Shown here: one piece after another, positions 25,478 through 39,216 of the stretch | Layout of the letters: every line of letters begins with the position of its first letter | How positions within the stretch are numbered: the first letter of the stretch is position 1 | Source of the DNA: Callorhinchus milii | Taxonomy: Eukaryota | Reading direction: 5' to 3' | Assembly: GCF_018977255.1 (NCBI RefSeq) | Contig: NW_024704745.1 | Coordinates: forward strand, 49,662,001 to 49,726,000 | DNA length: 64,000 nt | Position numbers and translations under genes: made by a program | The notes under the pieces: model-generated | The model's database searches: none | Seen by the model: the letters and a program-made list of their open reading frames with translations, nothing else | Told to the model about the DNA's origin: nothing

Positions 25478-26249
25478 ACACGTATGACATGCGTGGCAGA
25501 TATACAAACAGTTTGCTAGCCACTATCATTAAAAAGTAAAAGTAGCTTTCATCAGCATTCATACACATGCATCCACCACAAACATACAAATGCTGTACTG
25601 TAAAACCTGATCATGCACCTGATCAATTCAATTTGAACAGATCAAAAAGTGCCTAAAACTATGACCCACTCTTTAACCCAGTGAGATTTAGCCAGCTTGT
25701 AGCTTGTTCACTGTTCAATGGGGTGCAGGGTATACTTAGTTTAATCATCCACTGCAAATTCATTCTAATACCAAGAAAGCAATGTAGCAGTATTAGAATC
25801 AGGATTAACCTGTTATCATGTTGCTGTCAATTTTCAGAAACGATTGAGATTCCACTAAAATACACAGAATAGTGTTGGGCTTACTACTTATGTATGTATA
25901 TTTTTGCTGCAACACTACAAATATCCCACTGATATAAAGAACAACGCTTTTACTTCTTTGAAGATTTGTGCATCTGTGTTGATTGATAAATTAATTTGCA
26001 TTTTTTGGTTGTGCTGCAAAGTGCATCTGTATGTTATTGAAGGACTGGTTGTTTATTTCTGGTTGGTCATGCTCTGTGATTGATTTGGAGTTCGGTTTTT
26101 AATTTACGTTTACTCTCTTACCAATATTTCCATCAAATTTTCCTTCCCCCTGTCCTTTCTGGTAGCCTCCTGCTTGCATTTACTCAGATGCAGTGCTGCA
26201 GCACTCCTTGTCTTATTGTTCATTGTTCATTGTGTACCTCAATAGCCAA

Positions 26250-26410
26250 AAGGAGTGGAAAACCCTCATTGATTTTCCCTTTTCTTTAATATAGGACCCT
26301 CATGGTAGTATCACTAGTGTTGGCTCAGCTAACACATCACAGATCAGGGATCAAACCTCAGACCTTCTCGGTGTGTGTCTCTCAGATCTCTCATTGAATA
26401 ATCTTGCCTA
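26250..26410 (-). mobile_element. AmnSINE2/Nin-SINE-like 5' relic
   Basis: Minus strand gaaggtctgaggtttgatccctgatctgtgatgtgttagctga resembles 38430-38480 and the recalled AmnSINE2 head. Confidence 0.45.
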
Positions 26411-27267
26411 TCAGGAGTTTTCTAAATTTATTCATATTGTTACACTTGAAATAAATAACCATAGGGAGAGAGAGAGAAAATACATGCACTTTCTATCCAT
26501 TGTCATTTAACTTCATATAAGCAGTTTGCACACCTTCTTTCAGATTAAGAGAAATTACTTAGCGCATGCATTAATTGTAACATTTTAATTGGCATTTTTC
26601 AGCCGAATGATACATGAAATGCAAGTGAAACTAAGATGAAACTCCAGTTATTTTCCTGCAGCTCATGTAAGTGTACAAAATTACAAAAGTTGTTACTTGC
26701 TACATTCTTTCCTATTTCACACAATGAACCCAACATTTACTCAATTGTATTCCTAATATGGTGTTCTTTCTTCCATTTAAGCGAAAATGGAAGTTTTTCT
26801 CGTGTATGATTTTTGCTCCCATTTCAGGCCTGTCAAGTTAGCCTAAATATGCAGGTTAGGCACAGCACACACCTCACCTCATTCACAGCAGAATTTAATT
26901 GCATGAATACACAACTTATACATCAGACGTTAATAGTGCTTAAACAAATCTCTGTACCGGTTGGAGTTAGTTTCATACAAGGCTTTACTTAGAATAAGCT
27001 TCATTTTTTTCATTATAATAATAACTGCCTTCTGCACCATGCATTTTCATTTCATTTCATAATAAAATCAGAATTTCATTGTTTTATTTTTAAGTTTGAT
27101 ATTTTTTGTACCATCAAACAAGCCTCAGAGAGGATTACTAATGATTAGTCTTTTTGAATGTCAACCAGGTTTTACAGTATTGGAGCATAGTTGCTGAGGA
27201 TGGAGTTTACCAAGCACGAGGGACCCCAGCAGACTGTGGGATGTGTGTAGGAATGACGTGTGACCTA

Positions 27268-27501
<234 letters not shown>

Positions 27502-28713
27502 TCACCAAAAAAAAAATTACCACTAGTGTGGCATGTTGGTTCACGGTACATCTGGAGCAGGTTTACAACTCTCATCATTATAATGAACTTGCTGCGGTCT
27601 TTGCTGGTTTTGTGTTGTAATAATAATAATAGTAATAGGTTAGACAGTATGAGATTCTCTGTGTTTCTATCCTATAGAAGTATTTATATTGTGATCCAGG
27701 AGCTGCTTCCTTTTCACCTGCTTTTGCCTCTAACCCTATTAAATCTTGTTGCTCCATTTGGTTCACTACTTACTTGGCTGTAGGATGTCGGATGTGGGAT
27801 TTAGTGCTGTTTCTTCTTCTTCTCTTGCTGTTTGGAAAACTATGGGATGCTATCAGGTTTGGAGGCCCTCTCAGTGCCCACTGAATAAGTTGACAGGATC
27901 ACGTGGGGACTCCCTACAGCAGTAAGATTGTTATCAGAACCTCACGATAAAGGCGTAGACTTGCATCGTATCATTCCATGGCATAGCAAATCAACCCTCA
28001 AGCAAGCAATTACCTTGAGATCCTCGCACATGACAAAAATATTGATGAGTGGGACTGCATGAAGCTGCACTGGAGCCATTAGCCATCAGGTCATTCCACA
28101 TGTTACACTAATTTCAAATTCAATGTCCTTTTATAAGATTGACATTCAAATAATGCAGGACTCAACAGGAGATTAGTGTACCCCAGGAATTCTATAATCC
28201 ACTAATTTGATTTGTGTATTATATTGAAGGAGTTGGCTTGTCTGGAGTAAAATATACAATGGGATAAGTACCTTAGCCTGAGATGTAGAATTTCCTGAAT
28301 TAGTTTGAAAAAATGATCCTAAATCCACTCAGAACCACTGGAGCCAGGCAGACCTGTACGTATCTGTGTACAGAATAGTGGCCGACAAGTTGTTTAAGTA
28401 AAATATCTCTGTTTCAGCAAATACTATGCAGTGACTTATACACACACATAAACACATTTGGAAGCATTCTGTAAAATAGATAATAAGCACGGGTGTAGGA
28501 CAGGCTCCATTTCTTCAAATAAGCGCTGGTGCTGGCTAAGGGAGTCCTTTGACTTCTGCCAAGTTTAGAGTTTAGTGTCTACCTTTGCAATGTATGTAAA
28601 AGCTGTTCATGTAAACTAAATTATGCTAATTTACATTATGCCCCTTACCCTTGGGCAATCAAACTCCTTTAATTAAAAAGCATCTTTTGGAAACTGACTA
28701 CTGCACTAGTTTT

Positions 28714-29083
28714 TAATAATAATAATTCTTGCATTTGATACAGCGATTTATCATGTCTTTGAGACATCTCAATGCACTTCACAGAATATACTGTAAAGTG
28801 AATTGCCTGTATAGTTTGTGGACGAAACACAGTAGCCAATTGTGCACAGCAGTGTCCCACGAACAGTCATGGATTGAGTGACCAAATTATTAATTTTTTT
28901 TTGAAGGGATTATTACCCTTGGAAAAGCCATCTGCCAATTGACTAACAACTGTGTTCCTATCTAGGCAAATAGAGGAGTGTGGAGTAAGGAAGCTTGCCC
29001 AATGTTTCTCCCTGCCCGGGAATTGAACCCAGGTCCTCTAGCTTGTGAGGCGAGTGCTCTAACCACTGAACTACAGGACTCCA
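28714..29083 (-). mobile_element. Full-length SINE, longer subfamily (~370 bp)
   Basis: Same head and tail as the 320-bp family plus an extra ~50-bp internal block; anticodon loop reads CAC. Confidence 0.88.
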
Positions 29084-29939
29084 ATAGAATCCACAGCAGG
29101 AGAATAAACTGCAACATTGTTTTCTGCTCCAGATGTAATATGGACACAACACTGGTAACTCATTTAATCGGAGGGGGGTGGGGGGTCCTCTTAAAAAAAA
29201 ACTAGATCCATATTATCATGCAAACACATTCTCTTAGACCTGGCCCTACAGAAATGCAGCATGTCACATGATAGGAAGAAAGCATTCAAATTTAGCGACA
29301 AATTCATGGAAAGAGGGAGTGTTTGGAAAGGGGTCTATTTAAATGTTTTTTACTCAATCAATGTTTTTATTGTACACTATTAATCTAGTTGTATACCTGA
29401 CACATGAATGTTGTAAATAACCAGCAAATACTTAATCAACTATCATCAGTGATAGGTACTGCATTTCTGTAAGAGTGGTTTAGTTTATATTTTTCCTTCA
29501 GTGCAGAGAACGGAGCATTCTTGATTCGATTTATCTGAAAGACAGCTCAACAGCAAAATTATGTAATTTATTATGTGGGTGTTCCTGAGATTTTCAGAGC
29601 TATCAACAGCAAGTTTTTTTTTAAAGCCCCCCCCCACCCCATATGCAATAATTAAGATTAATTTGGACTAAATAACATGTGTTGCAAAGCATGTTTGAAA
29701 GTGCATTTGTATTATAAAGAGAACACATCATTGTCGGGATGATGCTGAACTTGGTCAAAAGACCATTTTAGGAAGAATTAGAAGAGCAATGCTGCAGTTT
29801 CCTGCAGCTCTTTCAAAACCTGTTTACTGAGTGATTTTCACAGGATCTGACTAATGCCAGATATTAAAACGCACAGAAGCAAAGAAATTTGGAATTAGCA
29901 TGTAATTTATTTGCCCAATTGCAATTTGCTGTTTTGTTC

Positions 29940-30300
29940 CTCAATCTTCCTGCTCTGGAGGTAGTGGTCTTGTTTTGGTGAACAGATTCTGCAATGATAA
30001 CTCACCCAAGCAACTATTCTTCATGTTTGAGTCCAAACAGGGAGTTTTGACAGACCGTTTGGTATGTAGTAAAGGGGGCTCGGGGGGAGGGGAATGGGGG
30101 GAGTGGGGGGAAGGGGTCTGCTCTCAGAATAGATAAACACAATCCGGCCTCCATTTAATGCCAAGATACTCAGCAGAGGATTACTGGGTAACAATTAATA
30201 GCAAGAACATTGGCCTCTCTCCATGGGAACACTGAATTATCTCAGCCCAGTTCAGCTGAACAAGTGCAGTCCAGGGGTTTTATCACAGTGTTCCCTGGTC
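29940..30300 (-). mobile_element. AmnSINE2-like relic with an internal G-rich tract
   Basis: ctcacccaagcaactattcttcatgtttgagtcc and cagcagaggattactgggtaacaatt blocks resemble 38130-38520. Confidence 0.4.
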
Positions 30301-30560
30301 TTTGTTGCTTTGTCATACATTCCACAATGCATTCGTCATCTATCACTTTCCAGGTTTGAAATAACAGTTGCATTAAAAATAGTTTTCAGTCTCACTTACA
30401 CCATTAAACCTTAATGAAAGGCACACTAGTATCTGCATCATTCAAGATGGCTGCTCAAATTACTACATAAATCATTATTTGAGCTCTATTCAGTTCTCTA
30501 ATTTTTTTGTATGTATGATGACTTTGTCCCCAGTTGTTAATAATATAATAATAATCCTTA

Positions 30561-30878
30561 TAATAAATAATAATAATAATTTGATATTTGATATAGCACA
30601 TTTCACGGCTTCTAGACGTCCCAAAGTGCTTCACAGAATATACTGTAAAGTGAATTGACTGTATATTTGTGGGCGAACGCGGCAGCCAATTGTGCACAGC
30701 AATGTCCCACAAACAGTCATGGACTGAAAATGACCAATTTATTATTGTTTTGTTTTGGAGGGATTATTATTAGGTGTGTGGAGTAAGGAAACTTGCCCAA
30801 GGTTTCGCCCTACCTGGAATTGAACCCAGGTGTCTCGCTTGCAAGGCGAGTGCTCTAGCCACTGAGCTACAGGACTCC
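30561..30878 (-). mobile_element. Full-length SINE
   Basis: Same family as 16270, slightly more diverged. Confidence 0.92.
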
Positions 30879-32491
30879 TCACTTGAAGTTAATCACTTGA
30901 AGTGAGCCAATGTAAGTTTTGAGTTACAATTGTACTAGCAGAAAATAGGCCAAGTGGATCCTGTTTACAAGAGAATTTGATAACCTGAACATTTACAGGT
31001 ATTACTTTTCTTATTCATAAAAATATTGGTGATTAACTTGCGGTATTTCTTAATAACGATTCCCATAATAAGGAATCTGAGTTGTGTAAAAGGGATTCCT
31101 TCTGCTAACCAGAAGTGCATCTCGTCAAATGATAGGATCACCATTCTGTCACAATCTATATTTGAAGTGGAGTTCCTTCAGCTTGATGGAAATTCAAATG
31201 GGATTCCTTAAAGTGTCTGGTTACCCATTTGTGTAATTTGTACAAAAAGCAAGGACTTTACATTGTACCCTAAAGATTTATGGGGTATCATATGGTTACC
31301 ACCTCTATAAGTCAATGTAATATCATGCAGTTGGACAGATTCCATGTCTTGTCTCATCAACTGATGCCCCTATGCTCCCATCATCAAAATAGTTAGTTCT
31401 TAGTTACACATATAATTAAATTAGACTTGAACCTATGATACTTGAGGAGTAGATGATCTAACATTTGAGATTTGATGGCCTTGTTGCTCTTTTAAATGAA
31501 ATAAGTTCTTCTTCTTGAAGTCAGAATTTGTGTTGTTCCTAAATAAATTCTATTCCTTACTTAAGTAACATCATTAAAATGTGATTTGAAATATCTCCTA
31601 ACTTCTGAATAATGGTAACACCCAAAGTTGGGTGTAAATCCTTGAGCAGAGCTATATTGGGTTCCCACTCAGCAAAGCCTTCTTTGCAATTTTTGAGAAT
31701 AGAAAAGAGTCTCTTTGGGCATATTCACTGGATACTTTTCTAATTCAGATTGGGTTAGTCCAATGTTTCCTTATTGCATTTGAAATGCCATGTTCAAAAA
31801 TGGCAACCTATGATGGCAGCTCCCAGCACTTTTCTCATAAGTTTGGACATGACCTTTATTCAGATGTCAAATGATTCAAAATAACTTTTAAGCTTGTTCC
31901 TCAGATTACTAGTGGATGTTCAGGAATAGTAAACTTTTGGCTCCTATTTTACATGTGTTGGGTTAAAGACTGTTTCTGACTCAGGTGTGGCATTTCCCTC
32001 ATGGTTGAAAAGTCTGCCATTGCCCATTGTCAAGGCTCACACATGAGTCATAGTGTAGGGTACAGGGCATCCATCATAGAATTGTAGAATTGTACCCTGA
32101 TGGATGGAAAAGGGAGTTAAACACCTTCACGGAAAGTGGAGAGAGAATACTGGTGCGTGGTGAAAATTTGGAGAAGGAAAAAAAAATGAAACAGATTATA
32201 TTAAAAAAAACACCTGCCACACTACAAGCCAGAAGTGCCACCTTTCCTCAAGTGCAAAGTAGCATTGAGACCACCTTCAAAGCAGAAACCATTTGATTCA
32301 TTTGAAAACTGCATAACTAAAGAATGCTTAAAATTTACATCTTCCATTTCAATGAGCATGTAGGCAGGTGAAGAGAATACCAGTAAACAAACCTCACCCA
32401 AGTTGGGGTGAAAATTGCAATGTGTGATGTGTTCAATAACACACGAGTTGAAAAAAAGTAACATCATGATAATTAACGCATCAACAGGTCC

Positions 32492-32512
32492 TGTGTGTGT
32501 GTGTGTGTGTGT
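32492..32512. repeat. (TG)n microsatellite
   Basis: About 10 TG units. Confidence 0.9.
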
Positions 32513-32554
32513 GCTGGTGGCAAATTACTCTCGTCTCTCAATACCCTTTTCAGC

Positions 32555-32740
32555 AATAATAATAATAATCATTTCATTTGGTATAGCGCCTTATCATGTC
32601 TTCAAGACGTCTCAAAGTGCTTCACAGAATATACTATAAAGTGAATTGACTGTACATTTTGTGGGCAAAACGCAGCAGCCAATTGTGAACAGCAATGTCC
32701 CACAAACAGTCGTGGATTGAGAAACCAAATTATTATTTTA
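32555..32740 (-). mobile_element. 5'-truncated SINE
   Basis: Tail and core of the SINE family; tRNA head absent. Confidence 0.8.
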
Positions 32741-33577
32741 AAAAGAATTGCATCAAGCTTTGTAACTATGTCCACATCTTTGGGCTGGCAATAAATGGGA
32801 TACTGACTTAACTAACAAAACAGGTCTGATTTAATTGATATCCCACTAACCAGCAGTTCAGTCAGTTATGCAGAAGGCCAGTGAACTAGGTGGTCCACTT
32901 CTGGGCTCAAACAATGAAAGAGTCCTGGGGAGGATTTCAACTCTCTTACAGGACAGATCATCATTAACTAGCGCCATCAGTTTCACCACATGGTTCTTAC
33001 AAGTGCTGTGTCTCTCAGCTCAGTGCACCGATGATCTTAAGGATTTGCTTAAATTGCATTGTGAAATACTGACATTTGATTCAACTTTTTTTTATTAGGA
33101 GCCACAGAAAGGTTCCAAGACACAATCTGAACTGGACAAGGATGTATAGAGAGAGGAAATATAGAGAGAGCACCACAGCCCTGTTCCAGAGGAACTACTT
33201 CTTATACACTTTTCCAGCGGACTTTAACGGTCCAGATCAAAACATGGGCTGGTGCTAACTAGAATGTGGTCCTTACCATTCCCATTTTGAATCACATAAT
33301 TCAACAAATTCGCAAAATACAAAAATGACTGAAAGCTTCTCAGTTCTTACCAGATACACACTGTGTCTGTCTTTGCATAGCCATTTTATCCTGGAATCCA
33401 CCTTGTTTAACTGGGATATAAACATTGCAAAAGTAGTGGGGCACCAAATATTCTATAGGGATGGAGTGTGCAGTGATCAAAAGATTGTCATTATTGTATC
33501 AGAATGCATGAAAAAAAGTGTATTTACCCCTCCCTTTTTCTCTCCCACCAGCCAAGTGTTACTCTCACTCTATCTTA

Positions 33578-33877
<300 letters not shown>

Positions 33878-34732
33878 TTACTCAGCAACATTTTGTCAGA
33901 AAACCCATGACAATCTCCTAGAAGGGAAAATCACTTTAGACAATCACTGGATTAAGTGATTGGACCGGAGGATTACCTCCAATAATTCCAAGCATTTCTA
34001 CGTGGATACTTCTAAAGTTTTTATATTGTGGAGACTCTATTCACTTTTGGTTGTTGAGTTGCCTAAAAAACATGCATTTTGATTAACATAACAGGGTTTG
34101 TTGGATCAAAATATAGATACACTCACCCCTTCACCCATTTGAGGTTGATATTTGGAGTTCTCTGTCTAAAGAGAGTTTTGGAGAAGTCTCCACTGGGTTG
34201 AAATAGCTTCATAGAGATATGCCTGTCCACTGTGGTCCAAGACACTTGGAATTATTAACAGCTCCTCAACCTTTCAAGCCAAAGCCCTATCACTTGGGAC
34301 TGTGTGAGTTGGACAGGTATCCTGCTGTATGGTACCCTTAGGGGCATTTACAGTCACTCCTAAATCCATGACTGCTGTAACCTTGACTCATTCACCTGGC
34401 AAGTATAGGCAGTGGATTAAAATATTCTGTGGTGGGGGGCCTGAATAAAACTTGTTGGGAGTATTTAAAACAGGCGAGCACTGTTGACTTTGGGAGAGGG
34501 CAAGATGGAACTCTGGGTGCTCCCCTTAAAGAGGTGAGTTATAGATAGATTTGAGGGGTGTGGGGAGAGGGGGGGGGGGGGGGGGCTGAGCCTCCTGTAG
34601 CTCCAGGCACCCACTGCCTATGCCAGGAAGACAGCTTGCATTATGCTTTACTGTAGTGTACACAGTGTGCTGATAGACAACACTGGTGAATATAACAGAA
34701 TATATGTGATGTTTTCGTAGTTGAGCGCATCT

Positions 34733-34913
34733 TACCGTATTTATTCAAATCTAAGGCACCCCTGATTCTAACGTATAGGGAAATTTTAGAGAGTTTGGAG
34801 AGAAGTAAGTAAGGAATTTTACTAGAAATATAAGACCCCATCCCAATGGTGCATCCTGATTTTGGGGGTAGTTTTAATTGAAAAACGCAGGCCTTCGACT
34901 TGAGTATTTTCTA
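34733..34913. mobile_element. Possible short Tc2/pogo-type MITE relic
   Basis: Begins taccgtatttattcaaatctaaggc; partial inverted match gccttcgacttgagta (13/16). Confidence 0.35.
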
Positions 34914-37307
34914 CTGGCCAGTGCACAAGAAGCTCAAACCATTGGTAAGTTTAGCAAACAATGGAAAAATCGTCTCCGTAATGAGATACTATTGTATGTA
35001 TTGTCAAAGTTGCAAGAATGATTTCTCAATGATTATCTTTGATTTTGGTGTTCTTTGATAGTGACTCAGACAGGAGTTCCAGTCGACTGGCCATAGAATA
35101 TGGGATAGAAATACAAAAATTTAATGAGAACAGAAACCTTTTCTGTATTCATATTATATTTAACAAACACTTTCATGTCAGCCTGACAAACAAGAAGCAC
35201 CTGGTTTGAATGCATTCCAGTGACAGATCACCACAATGCTACTCTATTTAATTAAGAATGCCAATGACTACAAACAATCGTGTTTGTACCATAATAGTGA
35301 TACACCGACATAAAATCTTATGACCTGCAACAACAACAACAAAATTACATTTATAGAGCGCCTTTCATGTCGGGAGGACGTCCCAAAGTGCTGGGACCTG
35401 CCACATTGAAAGGCCAGTTTGTCACCATTAGGAACTGAAGACTGCTCTTAATGAGTCTCATTCACGCAGCGGGAAGATTTTTTTACTCCAAACAAACAAT
35501 ATATTTGTCGTTCTGAATGAAGTGAAGGCACTTGGTCACATCTTGGGAAAAACAGTCATTATTATTTGAATTTTCAGCCACTGAGTGATGACACCTACTG
35601 CTGCCAAATTGAACAGTAATGGACAAGTGGGAGTGCAATGTGTTATAATGAAGGGCAGGCAGCCTGACTGAAGGATCACAATGCAGGTTAAGCCTTTCAA
35701 TCAAACTGCCTGTCCTCATTTACTACTGCTATACTACCAATTGTCTATTGGTGATATTCAGTTATACTTGAAGAACATTTTTTTTGGAGAACATTATAAA
35801 AATTGGATTCTGTTAAATTTCTAGACTCTGCTGGCTTGTGAATTGGTGCGAGTGGTATTCAGAGGCAGCAGCCTAAAATAACATTTTCATTAATCTCACC
35901 CTTTGCTCTGAGACCAGATTTAAGAAAAATGTATAACAAGCTGTTGAAAAATCTAATGATTGCCTGTGACATTAATAAATGTACTGTTTCGTACTGGTGC
36001 CTCAGATCCTACTGAGCTGCCTCAGGCACTGTTTGCTAAACAAGTAGAGATACACAGTTAGTCATGCAGATATCTTTAACCTGCTGTAAGGTTCCAGCTA
36101 TTAAACCTTGACTAAAACTGCCTGCCCGGTCAATTCAAATACAATTCACTGCAATATGGTATTTGCATTGCGAGAAGAAGTCTGTGATGAAAAATTAATT
36201 TGGTTCAGGATGAAATTATGACAGAGGTTTTGGTCTGAATCACTAGAGGTACATATTTACATCATCGCTCCAAACCAACTGAAATCAATATTAGTTTTCA
36301 ATGGCACTTTTGGGGGGAAAAACAAATAATGGGGTTCATTAAGTGGTGATTGGTAACAGGAGTTGCTAACAGGGCCTGGTGGGAACTAGAAGTGGGTCTC
36401 TCCAATCTGTAGAAACTCTGGCAAATGGAAGCAGTTTGAGTCGGATAAGAATGACCAAAACTTGGTGTGACATCTTCTGTTTACTGGCAGGAGTTGCTAT
36501 TTGGGACTCAGTGTCTCTATTAACAATTCCTGTTAAAATCACAATGTATTAATCCCCAATATATGACCTCATGATGGCATTCGTTTCAAATGTCTATACA
36601 AATCCAGAACAATGTAGCAAAAGTAGTTCAACAACTGCCCCATAATTGCATTGTGATGAAATATTTGCATAACTAACATACTTATTTGTTCCACAGATAG
36701 GATAAATGTTACATACTTTGATGGATAGTGAAGGTTGCTTACTGATCCATTCACCTGGATGTTAATTCAAGGCTAGATGTCAATTTAATCATGGATGTAC
36801 AGTGTAACACTGTATAATACTGGAGGGGTAATTCTCTTTTCGTTGGTAAATCTGACCTTGGCTGGTAGATACTTAATTCTGCATTGTCCAGTGAATTTAT
36901 CAACCTTGACATTGTTTGTTTAATACAATATTTGTGTTATGCACTCTGCCAAGGCCATACACCCAACAATGGAGAATGTGATGCTCTGCCCTGCCAAGAT
37001 TGGTAAATTTACCAGTGATTGGACAACCTTTTCATGGGTGATCCATTGCTGCGGAAATAATTCAGTCAGGTGGAGCTAAGAACCAAGAGTGAAGTGAAGC
37101 TGCCCTCTGTCAACTCCCACAGCGCTCTGCTCATTGTAACTCTCATTCAGCAATGAGCAGGCAATCTATCATCAGCAGCAGTGAAAGTTGAAAATAATTA
37201 CAGGGTAAATTAAAATTAAGATTTAAATTAAGAAAGAGATTAGAAAAAGATGTCATCTGTCTTCAGATACAAAAATTCAGACAATTACCATTTAATTTAA
37301 GGGTCCA

Positions 37308-37591
37308 TTTCTCTTTGACCGTGCCTTCAGCTCCCCTCTCGACTCTCTTCCCCCTCCTCGCTCCCTCCCTCCCTTCCCTCCCCTCACCCTGACCATTTCC
37401 CCCCTCCTTGCTCCCTCCCTTCCCTCCCCTCACCCTGACCATTTCCCCCCTCCTCGCTCCCTCCCTTCCCTCCCCTCACCCTGACCATTTCCCCCCTGCT
37501 CGGGTCATGACCCAACTGTGCAGCGCCTTGGGACGTCCTCCTGACGTGAAAGGCGCTTTATAAATGGAATCTTGTTGTTGTTGTTGTTGTT
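37308..37591 (+). mobile_element. Young L2 3' end with three copies of a ~46-bp unit
   Basis: Near-identical to the reverse complement of 62161-62390; (ttg)n tail. Confidence 0.9.
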
Positions 37592-38124
37592 AAATGAGAG
37601 GTCTGAATGGTGAACTAACTTTATTGGAATGGGCTGAGTTGTGGAGGCATTTCACAAACAGATGAAACATAAGTTTCACCAGAGCTACACGCTTTGAGAC
37701 TGTACCCTGTGTGGCGGGCACTCTTTAAGTGCAAGTTGTTGTTGAAGTTAAATGGAGTTTAATGTTGAAGTTTGTATTGCGTTATTTTGGAAATCATATT
37801 AAATTGCTAATGATCTAGTTTGTGAATAATTTGCGGCTAAGCGCTCCATCTTTTCTCAATTCATCTAGTTACTTAGGTTAGAACCTCCGGCTGCCAATTC
37901 CAATTCAGACATGTATCAATTCCCTTCAACTTTCATTTTGATTTTCAGATCACTTTTCACATTAACTAAAGCATCAAACATTTGTGCAACTAGAATGCTA
38001 ACATTTTATTTTTTATAGTATCTCATGAAGCAGAATACAACCACATTACCTCTAGACACATTTCAAGACAGTGCCTATTGATCTGCACTAAATACTTCCT
38101 GCAAAAAAACAAAGACAGAATTCT

Positions 38125-38523
38125 CTATCCTCTCCCCCCTTGCTGGTATTGACTCAAGCTGAGGTATGGTTCCATGACCATAAGTAACCGTTTGGTATCT
38201 TGCTCATGCAGCCATTTTCTCTGTGTGAATTAAGACAGTGTTGGTCAGCTATTCAACAATGGAAGGTATCAGAGCCATATCTGACCTATACTCACCCAAT
38301 GCCCACCCACGTGAATATCGCTAATTATTCCTTGAGATCACATGGAATAATGGTTAAGGGAGGAAACTCTGGCTTGTTTCCTCGTTCAAGCATTGCAGCT
38401 AATTATAGAGCCTCTATCCGTAATCTGGTTGAGATCAGATATTTCAGCACAGACAGAGGATCAAACCTTGAGGTTTCCTGGGTGCACACTAAACATTACT
38501 TTTACCATTGAGTCATTTGGGGA
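38125..38523 (-). mobile_element. Near full-length AmnSINE2/Nin-SINE-like element
   Basis: Minus strand: tgactcaatggtaaa A box, ggtttgatcct B box, gtctgtgctga...tgatctca, gaatagctgaccaacactgtct, atggaaccatacctcagcttgagtc; matches recalled consensus. Confidence 0.6.
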
Positions 38524-39012
38524 AGTTGTGAAAACAGTGGGAATTAATATGGACAATTTGTAACAGGTGTCAGGAGTGATGGTGACCAGAAGTGTAACAC
38601 ACAAACCTGAGGACACTCTGGAAACTGGAGATAGGTCATGCATGTGAACTAAGCATCTAAAGTAAGTATTAAGTACTTACTTAAATATGCCTATTAAGCA
38701 GTCTGAGACATTACCCCATGTGAAAGGCACTATAAATGCAAGTTGTTGTTGTTGATTAAGCGCAGATTGTCTCAATGCAATACTGTCAGGAATCATTATA
38801 TGCAAATTGTCACTAATAGTGACTCCTCTTACAAATAGCTGCATATTACAGTCCAGTGTTTCACAAGTTTCCTTTTATTGTGGGTTCTACAAAAAAATGC
38901 AAAGTTGTATAGTATTGGAGGTTGCGGTGTACATTAGATAATCTTATAAAGACCAGCCTGTGTTATAAGCTACAGTTCTAGACTACAGCACAGTAATGCA
39001 AATATTACTTAC

Positions 39013-39216
39013 GTGGTCAACGAGTTCCCGCACCATTCCATTCCACTGGCCCTTGTCGTTCTGGGCTCCGTACTTCCCATCAGCTACTAATCTAACTTCA
39101 TAAGTGAAGCCCAGAATGTTTGATAACTCTTTTAACAAGTCAAGACAATAACCTTCAAATCGGTCATTGCCATAAAGAGGCTTGTCAGATTTCTTATACA
39201 TCACGTAGGGATCTTC
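39013..39216 (-). CDS. GRIK1: GluK1 exon, ligand-binding S1 ([10 protein letters not shown]...MVRELVDH)
   Basis: Within ORF 38983..39288; CAG/GTAAGT; 204 nt; AQNDKG spacing is GluK1-type (GluK2 has one more residue here). Confidence 0.96.

Noticed and set aside
34555-34585. Poly-G / G-quadruplex tract (also 30075-30116)
   Set aside because: Low-complexity sequence on the strand opposite the transcript; no further evidence.
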